From assembly GCA_964252035.1 (NCBI GenBank), contig OZ176200.1: a stretch of DNA of 64,000 bases. One strand, written 5' to 3'. The translations under genes and the position numbers were made by a program. The notes beneath the pieces were generated by a model, which had not been told where the DNA came from, ran no database searches, and saw nothing but the letters and a program-made list of their open reading frames with translations. Of this stretch, positions 38,367-49,265 are shown one piece after another. The stretch's first letter is position 1. Each line of letters starts with the position of its first letter. This DNA is from Podarcis erhardii. Taxonomy: Eukaryota.

Positions 38367-38674
38367 GGGCTCATCCAGACTTCCTTTTGTGCTATGTTTC
38401 TAGTCACATGTATGTGCTTTCAACCTCCATATCTGAGCCCCCCCCCCTTTTTTGCTGTGGTTCTTCCCCTGTGAAAACCTGCTCTTTAGCACTAAATTGG
38501 AGCAAACAGCAATCCACAGAAACTCTGAATTGCTGTTTGTTCCGATTCAGCATTAAAGAGTGAAAGCAGGTGAAAGCAGGGGGTGGGACCCCACAACAAC
38601 TCTCGCATGCGGAGTTTTAAAATGTGGACATTTGCCTAGAAAGCCGAGGGCAAAAGATAAGTGTGGATGAGCCT
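38367..38674. mobile_element. MITE in a SPEGNB intron
   Basis: TIRs GGGCTCATCCAGACTT / AAGTGTGGATGAGCCT (14/16); internal hairpin segment shared with about 33400-33460. Confidence 0.55.
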
Positions 38675-40040
38675 TAAGTGTGCTGCCAGGAGTGTTACAT
38701 TTTAAGTATTTTAGTTAAATGGAGCAAAGGAGAAACTATCCCAGTGAAGCAAGGCATCCGTCCACCTTCTTTCCATCTCCAAAGTTCACATTTCCCATGA
38801 AAGTTTTGGAATCTTTATGCAGCCAAACTTCCCAATTCCAGACAACATTTTGGGCTGTAATAAGAATGGCAGAGTCCAAACCTGCAGTTCTCACATGTGC
38901 TGGAGTTTTGTTTCCCCCCTCTTTGCTACATGCCTAAAGCCAGTCCTCTGTTGCCTTGTCTTCCAGATCACCTGCTGCCTCCCCAAAGTCCCTGGCTGCT
39001 TCTCTCACCTCCTCCTTGGTTTTCGCCCTTCTCGCTCATCCATTTCATGACTGCCGTCTCTTGCACCCTCTTCCACTGCACAACTATATTCTGGAACCAC
39101 CACAGCTTCTCAAAATACTGCTCAGGTTGCCCTTTGTCTTCATGAGCACACTCTAACCCTTATTTATTTGCTTTATTACCCAGCGCCCAGGGAGGAGCCA
39201 CAAAAAAATCAATATTGAAAGCAGTTTAAAACAAGTTAGAGTCACAAAAATAGGGTGGGTAGTCAGAAGCACAGAGAGACAGATAAATATTCAAAGGTCA
39301 AGGTAAAGAGGTGTATTTTCAGAATGCGATGGGAAGTATAAAATTATGCGGGGCACACCTCTGCAGAGAGGGAACCCCAAAATTTAAGGATGCCCCACAT
39401 AGAAAGTGTCCTCTTCCAGGCTACCACCCCTTGAACTTCTGAGGACAGTGGAACAACCAAGGGAGCTCCCTCTGATGATTTTACCACCAAACAAGGTCAG
39501 GGCTCTTTTACCCTTCCACTTGTGCTGTGCCAAGTTTTCTGCTTGCCTTGCTCCTTTTTGAGGGAAAAGCTGCTCTTAAGTGATATATTGGGACACATGG
39601 CAATCTGGGGGAAACCCAGCAGCGGGGGGGGGGCGGGGGGCGGGGCGAGCAGCAGAACAGAGGAAGTGTGAATAGTGTATGCAGATGGGGTGGAGATATT
39701 ATGGGTCTGAGCCCCTCTGCACAGCCATACCCCATACTACTGGAGACATAATCAGTCTTGATGTTCAGTTCTACAAGCTCTCCTGCTCTCAACACTACTG
39801 GACACCATCACCACCACTACTACTACAACTACTACTAATAATACTTGGATTTTTACCCATCCTTTACCATAGGGTGGGTTGCAACAATATGAACATGCAA
39901 GATGAAAACCAGTTAAAACGATTTACCACCAGAAGAGCAGGGTGGACCCATTCTTGGGTGTCAAAAGCAGGGACAAAAGAGTTGCATTTTCAGCCCAGCC
40001 CTGATAACAGTCCCATCCTCCCACCTGCCATCCCCCTCAC

Positions 40041-40174
40041 CTGTGCCCACGATAGGAAGCCTGGATGCGGATGGCAGCATTCTGCACCTGAGGGTCATTT
40101 ATGTCCAGGGAAAATCCTGCAGGGGGAGGGGCTGCAGCACCTGCTGCTGGTTTCTTGGGTGCAGCTTTTGACAT
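40041..40174 (-). CDS. SPEGNB: SPEGNB coding exon 1 (MSKAAPKKP...DINDPQVQNAAIRIQASYRGHR), IQ motif, 134 nt
   Basis: Not in the ORF track; read manually. Acceptor ctccccacag sits directly before ATG; donor CAG|GTGAGG, phase 2; IQxxxRG motif. Confidence 0.93.
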
Positions 40175-40509
40175 CTGTGGGGAGATGGAGGAGTAGCAGG
40201 TTCAATATTGGGGGTGGGGGAGAGAGGGAGAGAAACAGGCTCCTACATAGCACAGAGTCCAACCCTCTTCCTTCCTGCTTCCACCCAACGCCATGGGTGG
40301 AACGCCATGAGGCTCACATCAACCATCTCAAGAGGACCCATGCTGTCTTGCTCCATGTATACAACTGCAAAGACACCTCAGTGAGTGTCATCTTCACTCT
40401 TCTGGGGCAAATCAGTCCACACCCACTGAAGTGGGATGAGAATAAAGTTGTGCTTTTGCCCACACCCTCATTATTATATCTCCAGTTTTAGACACACCCT
40501 GGTGAGGGT

Positions 40510-40653
40510 CATAGCATCACAGAGCTGTAGAGTTGGAAGAGACCATGACAGTCATTTAGTCCAACCCCCTGCAATGAAGGGATCTTTTGCCCAATGTAGG
40601 GCTCAAACCCATGACCCTGAGATTAAGAGTCCCATGCTCTACCAACTGAGCCA
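40510..40653 (-). mobile_element. Second copy of the tRNA-Lys-headed SINE, in the SPEGNB 5' intron
   Basis: Reverse complement of the 43303-43434 element. Confidence 0.78.
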
Positions 40654-40875
40654 TGGAAGAGGTTGTCCAGTTGGTGAGCAGCTGAGCCGTTCTGTTTTGA
40701 TCCATGTCTTTCATGGAAGGCTGAGGCACCTCAGATAAGGAGAGTTAAGAGGCAGCTCTCCCATTCCCCAAGGCATGTCCCGAGGTAGGGTGTTCTTGGA
40801 GCATGTGGTAGGGCTGGGACAGGGCATGAGTTCTCAGGGGCCCCCTTCTCTGCTGATGAGGTTGAGCTCTCTTAC

Positions 40876-41190
40876 CGTAGACAGCACCAATGCAGCTCCG
40901 CTGTGTTGGAAAAGGCCACAGGCCCCTCATCCCACCCAAATTTATATCTCTGCAGGGGAGAAGCCAGGTCTGCCCATGCCCACAGCTGCATTCCTGCCCT
41001 GACGTCTCCTTCTTTGGCTGGGGGGGCGCGTCCCCCCTGCCCAGACGGGAATCCTGGGCGCTCCCTTATATAGCCTGTTGCCAGCTACCTGTGAGAATTG
41101 GGGCTGCACTGATTGCAGCCCAGTGCTGTGTAATCATATTGACCAGCCCAGAGGGACCCAGATGGAGCAGCTGCAACCATTCCTGCCCTC
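40876..41190 (-). promoter_or_regulatory. SPEGNB: Candidate SPEGNB promoter and short 5' UTR exon
   Basis: TATAAA at 40941-40946; E-box CAGCTG plus MCAT CATTCCT at 40983-40995 and 41168-41184; CArG-like CCTTATATAG at 41064-41073; strong donor ACG|GTAAGA at 40875. Confidence 0.55.
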
Positions 41191-42564
41191 TGGCTGAGAG
41201 ACAGAGTGGCAGGGCGAGGCTCCGCTGTCTGGGCTGTTCCCAATGCACACGCTGCCTTAGGAGGACTGGAAGGGATGAGAACAGTTTGGAGTAGCAAGCA
41301 ACAGGATCAGAGGATATCCCAAGAGTTGGGAAGAGCTGGAGCTTTGCTCGGATGAGCGGATATTGTATTGTCAGGACAAGCCGCTCCAGTGGATCATCCA
41401 CAGTCGTCACAATGAACCCCTTTGGTATACTCAAAATACCCTCATCCAGGGAGGAACAAATCTATCCGTTTTAATTTCCTCAGTTCCTCATTTCCACCAT
41501 CTTAAATTCAGTTTGCCACGTTTTCTGTATCAGTTCGTGAATTTGCCCTCGCAAAAAAATCCAACGGCATTTTAACGCCTGATTCATTTCCAATTTTGGC
41601 TAACATACAATTTTTCGCTATTGTGTTTTATATGTCATTTTTCACTAATATGTGCATTTTTCTTTACACTATCCCTGAGTATATGCATATTTATACTTTC
41701 TCCTAATTGGTGGCATTTTTGTACATCACTTTTGGGTGGAGAACCTCACCACAAAGCTCAGGGAAAGATGGCTGTGTTTTGTTTTGTACGTTGTAACAGG
41801 AAATGCAAATTAAATAGGTTTGTCTTAAAATGCAAACAGAAGCAAAATTCTCCCCTATCCCTATGACACCAGCCAGTAGTTCACCTAATGCTGCACACAT
41901 CTCCTAATCATATAATAAGGAGTGAAATTAAGCAGACTACATATGGATTCACACAGAAAAGTAGGAGTTTCCACCAAAAGCAGTTATGTCCGTTGTTGGT
42001 GAACACACTCCCCAATATCTCCTGTGGAATTCTCCAGCAAAACATTTTACCTCAGGCATGACTATCACTTTTTGATGCAATGGACTATAGTCCATGAATA
42101 CTTATGCCAAAATAAAGCTCTTAATCCTTAAAATGCCCCTGGATTCGGTTGCTTTTTGCTGAGATGGATGTACCTATTTATGTATACCTCTGACACACAG
42201 TTGTCCTACATAGTATGGAAGATATTTAGCACTTTTTTAAAGAGAAGAAAAGGGGGCCAGTGAAAAGAGAATAACGGGGGGAAGTCACCTGCTTGATTTC
42301 TCCATTTCCGGTGGTAGTTACTGGCATAGGATCAAGGCCAAGGACAACTTGGAAGCCCTGGTTGTGCTGAAGCAGTTATGTGACTACAGTACAGCAGGAG
42401 ATTCCAGTGTGGTGCTTGCCAATGCACAGGTGCCCACAGAGGCCTTCCGTGGCACTGCAGGATCCTCCTCCCCACTGAAATTACCGTAGGTTAGGAAGAA
42501 GCTTTCCATTGTCTTGGTGGTGGTGTGTGTGCGTGTGGTGCCCAAGACACTTCCTTTTCTTCTT

Positions 42565-43100
42565 TTATATAAATATTTTTAAATTAAGTTTTACATAGTA
42601 CATTTCAATTTAAACATACCATTCACCTTCTCCAGCTTGCAAATGTGTCCACAGGCCCCAGAATGCCGGCCGACTCTACTGTACAGAAATCTTTATGGAT
42701 TTATTCAATCCACATTCCAAATAGACCCATTTGACCATGAGGTCCTGAAGCAGTTTAACTGCACTGACATGCTCAGGAGTAGAGAGAATGCTGATTAGCC
42801 TTGTTATCCATCTTTGTTTCATTTCTGAATGGAAAGGTAGGATATGCTATTAATTTAAATTAAAAGGTGGCACTGGTTATTATTTTTTCAACCAATAAAA
42901 TAATAACGTCCCCAGAAATTGCTGCCCACTTGTTTTGCAGCAGGGACAATGATGGCATCTCCTGGGGCTCTAATCCATACCCAGGCTCTATTTGCCAATC
43001 CTCTGTGTGCCAAATAAATAAGCTTTTCCCATTCCGAGAAAAACCCACCAAATGAGCTGAGCGGAGAAAGAGGTGGGTCACACTGATTAGCATACATGAC
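42565..43100 (-). mobile_element. Possible L1 ORF2 C-terminus and 3' UTR (old)
   Basis: Weak peptide similarity (HLFLRSAHLVGFSRNGKS...TEDW...QNKW) to L1 C-terminal motifs; A-rich tail on minus. Confidence 0.4.
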
Positions 43101-43302
43101 TGAGGGTTAAAAGGCCATTTCAATTTGGGGGGGGGGGGAATAGATTCCCTTTATTATGCTATCAAAAGGACACAAAATAGTGAGCTAGCTTTTGAGTCCA
43201 CCGGAAGAACTCATCTTCAAGCTAGACGCTGAGCAAAAGTTTTTTTTTGTGGGGGGGGGGGGAATAGGAGGAGAAAAGGCAGACTTGGTATTGCAACCAT
43301 AA

Positions 43303-43434
43303 TCAGTTGGTAGAGCATGAGACTCTTAATCTCAGGGTCGCGTGTTTAAGCCCCACGTTGGGCAAAAGATTCCTGCATTGCAGGGGGGTGAACTAGATGA
43401 CCCTCATGGTCCCTTCCAACTCTATGATTCTATG
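43303..43434 (+). mobile_element. SINE with tRNA-Lys(CTT)-derived head and CR1-like 3' tail
   Basis: tcagttggtagagcatgagactcttaatctcagggtc...gccccacgttgggc, then attcctgcattgcagggg...cccttccaactctatgattctatg. Confidence 0.8.
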
Positions 43435-44886
43435 TCTGCTTTGGCCAATTATTCATTTTTGTTGTATAATCTTGAAGAGATGTGGCTATGGTGGTTATCA
43501 TGAAGAGCTCCTGTAGTTCAGAATTTATCACTACACCACGGAAAGTCTCAATGCTATTAAAATGTTAGTTTATTAAAATTTTAGTTTATTAAAATACAAG
43601 TTTGACGTGCAAGACAGGAAATCTGTTTCCCTTGTTGTAGATATTGATCCTCCCTGTAGCTTCTTTTTAAAATGTTTAATTTCCTTTTAACATGGGTTAT
43701 ATTATGTCCTGATTAGATCTGATCTTTAATTAAATGTTGTTTTTTAAAAAAACCACAAAACCCTGTTTATTTCAAGATTCTTATAAAGGGTTCCATCATC
43801 ATAGCATGTTTTCCACATTGCCTTTTTCTGAACACTGCTGCCTTGCTTTGGAGTTTAGGATTTATTTAACTTCTGCTATAGAGCTGCAGCAATAGCAGAT
43901 CTCCTCTGTGCCTGGTTTCAAGCCTGGGAGAGCTTCTTCCATACCACTTCTGTGCAGCTACTTCTGTTTATTTCAATTGTACAATTGGCTGCCAAAGGCG
44001 GATGTGCTTTGAACCACAGCCTAGTTGTCCCTACAGCCCAGTTGTCCTGATAGGGAAAGTAGGTTGAATGTGGATTCTCCAGAGCAGGAGCACAGTTGTA
44101 TAAACCCAAATATTCTGCTGTTATTATTACTATTATTGTTGTTGTTGATGTTGCCACATTTCTTATTTACGTAGCGCCATCAATAAGTGGGGTACAGAGT
44201 CCAGGTCAGGGCCCCAACTATGATCTGTGCATAACTCAAGCACTGCTAGGAGTTGTTTCTTTTTGCTTTCCAATGTATTTCTTATCAGTAAAATGATAAA
44301 ATGGAGGATGAGTAACCAGGGAAAGACCATCCATTGTCAAGAGGCATGGTCAGAGTTTAAGGACACATTCCAGCCAGACAAGAAAGATGAGGTGAGTGGC
44401 CTAAGGGGAGTGGCCTGAGGAGGAGCAGATAGGGAGACCTGAAGGATTGCATTCAATCCCCAGATACGAGGTTCTCCACAGCTGGCCAATGCCATAAAGA
44501 AAGTGATAGTCTTTAAGGTGCCACAAGACTGCAACAGACTCGCATGGCCACGTCTTTGGACTGCCGATTGGCTACAATATCTGATTGATTATGCATTTTC
44601 CTTCATGTTTAACCTGATAAAAGAATTTGGATTATGCTTTAGGACTTGTATTCTAGCCTCACAGCTTCTGCATAGCTTCTTTGGTACTCACTAGTATGAT
44701 GTCTGGTTTAAAAGAGAAACCTGAAGGACGTACAGTAGTAGCTCAAGCGTCCCTGAGGAGTTAGTGAGGTGTCAAGTGCACTACAGTTTCCAGAATGGCA
44801 TCCATCCTGGAATGTGAGAGAACGTTCTAACAGCAGCAACCTGGGCTTGGGAGAAGTATCTCCAATTTCTTATCCCAGTAGTTTGG

Positions 44887-44888
<2 letters not shown>

Positions 44889-44952
<64 letters not shown>
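44889..44952. repeat. Compound (CT)n(CA)n microsatellite
   Basis: Direct read. Confidence 0.95.
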
Positions 44953-44955
<3 letters not shown>

Positions 44956-45520
44956 GTTGCGAGGAAACGAACAAGCAGTTCTGACCTCAGTACTGCAACA
45001 TAAATTACAACAGAACCCAGGAAGCTGCCTTAAACAGAGTCAGACCACTGGTCAGCCTATGTAACTCAGGATTCTCTGTGCTGACCAGCAGCGGTTATGG
45101 CTCTCCAGGGTTTCAGGCAGGAGTCTTTTCCAGCCCTATACCTCCCTGCTTCCCTGGCAGTAAAAAATAAATAAATGCAATAATGAATTAAAGAACTTAC
45201 AAATGTGCTGCCCTTTCAGCAAACTCTGAATCAGCTGCCTGAGAGGAAGTTTCGCTCGGCCTACTAGTACAGCCATCCCTGACTCTAGCACTGGTGAGTG
45301 AGTCAGTGAAAACTGAAGGCTTCGATCCCCCTCCCCCTTTGCCAGGGAGGGGACTTTATCTATCTTTTAGGGCAGTGCCTATTCAGGAAGAGTAGAAGCT
45401 GCAGACAGATGTATCAGGGATAGGTGGGGAAAATGGCGCCCCTCATATTGTTGTTGTTGGATGTGGGAGCTGGAGACCAATTGGTCAGGAGTGATGGGAG
45501 TTGTAGTCCAGCAATATCTG

Positions 45521-45551
45521 GGAGGGAGGGAGGGAGGGAGGGAGGGAGGGG

Positions 45552-45592
<41 letters not shown>
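45521..45592. repeat. Compound (GGGA)n(GA)n purine tract
   Basis: Direct read. Confidence 0.95.
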
Positions 45593-45595
<3 letters not shown>

Positions 45596-45899
45596 CTTCT
45601 CCTTTTCTTTAGAGAAAGGAGTGGAGCTAATTAACTGGATGAGGGTTGAGGTTTTTTATATATTTACACACACACACTCCTTTCTCCAAAGAAAAGGAGA
45701 AGGGGCTCTTTATCTACTCCCACTCCCTTGTGAACAGCTAAGAAGGAAGGCTTTGGAAAAGCCCCTTACAAAGCTGAGCACTGCTGAAGTGCTTCAGGAG
45801 AGAATTGTCAATGCTTCTTTTGCTGCCCATGCTGGGGAGGAGGGCGTTAAGGTTAAGCAGTGCTTTGCTGATGCTTCATCTCGGATGATTGATATCCCT

Positions 45900-47020
45900 T
45901 CACTCCTTGTTTATTTTAAAATATGGCTTCTGGTAAGTACTAGATCAGATGCAAAGTGTGTGTTTTGTGTGGCAGGCTTGAAGCTTGTCTGCTCAGCGCC
46001 AGACATTAAAATATAAATTGTAACGTGGAACAAGGCATGTCTTAGGATGTGTACACCCTCCCACAACCTTAGTGGCCGCAAGGTTGCCTCTCACTTTGAG
46101 TGAAAGATGTGACTGGCAGTGAGACAAGACTGCCCAGGGGGTTGTAGGATGGATGTCTTTTAGGAAGGTGCCTCTCATATTTAGGTTGAGGTCACCTCCT
46201 CAGATTGCTTCCCCTTCGGAGAAGGAGAGGAATTTGTTTAGTGTTTTCTGTTTGAACTCCAGTTGTTTTGTGTTTGGGGCATATATGGAGCCAATTGTCA
46301 GTTTAGTTTTGCCATCTAGTACCCCTTTAGCAAAAATGAATCTGCCTTTTTTGTCTTTTAGCACTGTTGTGTCTTGGAAATTTAGGTCTCTACTAAGTAT
46401 TATGGCTATTCTGCTGGCCTTTCCTGAGCGAGGTGCCACCCATGACTGAAGTGGGATTTGCTCAGGAGTTTGCTTCCTTTGGGTGGGGGTTGTGTATTTC
46501 CTGTAGGAAGGTATTGCGTGGTTTCATGGTGTTTACATACGAGGTGATGCATTTTCTTTTAAGAGGGTTTCCCAATCCCCTCACATTTAGTGCAATTGCT
46601 TTTAAGCTAGCCATTTGGTATGTTTATTTTTTAGGATGGTTTCCTGCCAACCCGTCTGGGTTGTCCTGTGTCTCTCACCTTATATTGTCTATCAAGCCTA
46701 GTGTGTTGTGGTGACATATAGTGTGGTGGGTGGGGTTAGAGTTAGGGGTGGGCTGAAGACTGGGGGGTAGGTTATAGAAAGTAGCCTACATGCAGCTATA
46801 TAGGTGTTTGGGGTTGCTTGGACCATTTGGCTCCCAGCCAGTTGGTCCTGCGTCTCAGCTGGCATGGAGGTCCTTCTTTGAAAACAGGCCGTCTTCCCTT
46901 TCGTTTGCAATAGGGGTGGGTCAGTGAGACAGTGTCAAGTGCCTTTGTGGCGCTTGTGGTGGGCATATGGTTTTTAAACAATGTTGTCAGTATTGTTAAC
47001 AACATTATTGATTTGTTGGG
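45900..47020 (-). mobile_element. L1/Tx1 LINE fragment: ORF2 AP-endonuclease start plus upstream spacer (pseudogenised)
   Basis: ATG at 46614: MASLKAIALNVRGLGNPLKRK...FLQEIH; then KDKKGRFIFAKG...LTIGSIYAPN...EAI*GGDLN. Confidence 0.85.
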
Positions 47021-48722
47021 GTATTAGGATAGGGATGTGAATATTGGCATGCTTCTTAAAGAGTGCTACAGTGCTATAAAACTAATTTTAAAAATAAAAG
47101 GGGGGAAATATTTCTAGTCACCTCCATTTTAGCAATGTGCTTTCCCCCCTAATTATACACTTCCAATCTTCACTTCTGGTCTAAAACAAACATGAAACAC
47201 TTTCATAGCAATCATGGGCGATCACACTTTAATGAAGAAGTGCTTAGCGCTAAATAAATAACTGATTTTTATTTTTATTTTTTTAAGAATCACTCAGGTT
47301 TCTTCTTCAAATGGCCACTTAGGTGAATTAGATCTTTCCTCCCCCTCCCCCACCCAGCAGCTCTGTCACACCCACTGGTGTGGATGGAACATAGCAGGAT
47401 GAACATACAGAAAAGTGCAATATCCCTGATAGTGTGCAAAGTTCAACTGCAATTCCTCTTGTACCTTACAGTGGAAGAGCAATGATTTATTAGCGCTAGG
47501 AAGCCACCCATCTGGAAGCAGTCCTGGTTTGCTTTGCTTCCTCCATGCCACAGGGAAACGAGCATCTTCACAATCAAAACACACTGGGGCATGGGGTGAA
47601 AAGACTGAGATGGGGAACCATGGTCATGGATTCATACAGCCAAGGTGGGGGTGGTTAGGTAGGTCTGCTTCATTTGGTAGGTCTGCTTTCAACTCTGCGC
47701 CAGTGGTACATTCTCTTCATTCCCTACGCATACGAAATCCAGGTTTGTCCTTCCTGGGTTGCCCTAAGGAGCAGCTGTGAAAACTTGTAGACTCTCAGTT
47801 TCAAAATGGCCTCCACCCTTCTCAGTGGGGTATGTCAGGTCTGGTTTGCTATGGACACTACACAGGTCAAGAGCAGAGAAACAAACGGCCACTACCCCCA
47901 CCCCAAGACTTAGAACCCACCCTGTTGTCCTCTTCAACCCACCCACCACCAGAGGCCATGTAAGGTCACATGTGCCTGACTGCAAAAGGAGAAGGTGCCT
48001 ATGTTTGGAGGACCTCTGCTTGTCTCTGTGCCATCGTGAGTGATCTGTAGGTGCCAGAAGGGGCTATGGCAAAAAGCACTGAAAGAGAGGAGGGTTCATG
48101 TAGGCAAATGTATGAGGGGGTGGTGTATCTGAAGCATATCCTTGATTCAGAAAGGCATGCAGGGAGAGAAGGCATCTATCTTCTGCACTCGTTCTGAAGC
48201 TTAAGGTAGGACTGGGCTGCATGTATCCGTGTCAGAAAAACACAAGGAAGGCAGCAGCAAAGAAGAGGCATTGTGGGATGGTAGGTATGTAAACAGGGAA
48301 AAACTGGTGGGTGCCTCACATGATTGGATTCTTCTGGATACCCAAGCAGAGGTGAGTGGAGAGGAACCCCAGGGAAAGTACCATCAACACCTCCACTCCC
48401 AGCCCCTGCCTTGGGACCAGAAACATCCATTATACTCCCTATGCGGGATATGTTGGCTATACAGGTGGGGGATTGGAGTTTTCCATTGCTGAAATGCCTT
48501 CTCTGCAATACTTCGGGGTTGATCCTTCTTTGTCTTCTTCCCAGCTCAGCTTGGCATGTAAGGAAGAGATGCCCCATTGCTCAGTGGCTGCAGCCGGCAT
48601 GTTTTGCATCTGCTGTTAAGTCAATGGGAGCACTTGGTTGCGCCTGACCTACGCAGGGTACAGACGCAGCCCTTGAGGCACAATACAGGAAGGGCCCTTT
48701 GCATCCCCACGGGGAGGAGGAG

Positions 48723-48728
48723 TTTATT
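48723..48728 (-). terminator. Candidate SPEG poly(A) signal AATAAA
   Basis: tttatt on + about 330 nt past the stop, with a GT-rich stretch further downstream; other AATAAA candidates at 47268-47279. Confidence 0.4.
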
Positions 48729-49060
48729 TAGACAAGGAAACGTCAAGGCTTTCTCCTCCCCCCTTGACCTTGGCCTGGGAACAGCATGGCTTCATGGCCC
48801 ACTGCGCTTCATACCTCCCTGAACCCAACCCCATGGCAGCGAATCTTGTCAATCTGCCATTTTCGGCCCCCAGACTCCCTCTCTCTGGGCCAGGCTACCT
48901 CCAGGGCTGGTAGGTAGAGCGAAGAACAGCGGCCAGTGCTGACGACTCTTCTTGATCCATGAGGTATATCAACAAGTCCCACCCTGGCTGGCTGGGTGGG
49001 TGCTTGGCCCATCACGCCCCCTGCTGGAATGTTCTGTGGCTCCTCCGGCAGGGCAGGCGG

Positions 49061-49265
49061 CTAGGGCATGTGGCTGCTGGCGCCATGGTAGGAGCGCAGT
49101 AAGACCTTGTGCTTGGTGGCCACCTCGTTGCGCTGCCGCTGGTGCTCCACCAAGAACTCTTTCAGGCGGCTGGTGGTGAAGGTGAGGGTCTGCCGACGCA
49201 GCTTCATCAGGTAGGCGTCCTGGAGCCAAGGGTTGGCAAAGCAGTCCTTGAGAGCTGGGCGGCTC
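49061..49265 (-). CDS. SPEG: SPEG last coding exon ([37 protein letters not shown]...HMP*)
   Basis: Acceptor ccttgcag; ends in TAG at 49061; near-identical to the recalled SPEG C-terminus. Confidence 0.97.

Noticed and set aside
39679-40491. 270-aa plus-strand ORF
   Set aside because: It spans a (CTA)n microsatellite and the antisense of a SPEGNB exon; no recognisable domain
41085-41297. ORF ending at a CAG|GTAGCT donor as a SPEGNB coding exon
   Set aside because: No similarity to the recalled SPEGNB; the 40174 ATG already matches the recalled N-terminus MSKAAP
43303-43365. tRNA-Lys(CTT) gene (also 40580-40653, and tRNA-Ile at 52118-52190)
   Set aside because: The acceptor stem is incomplete, the T-loop GTTC is mutated, there is no Pol III terminator, and each runs into a shared SINE body
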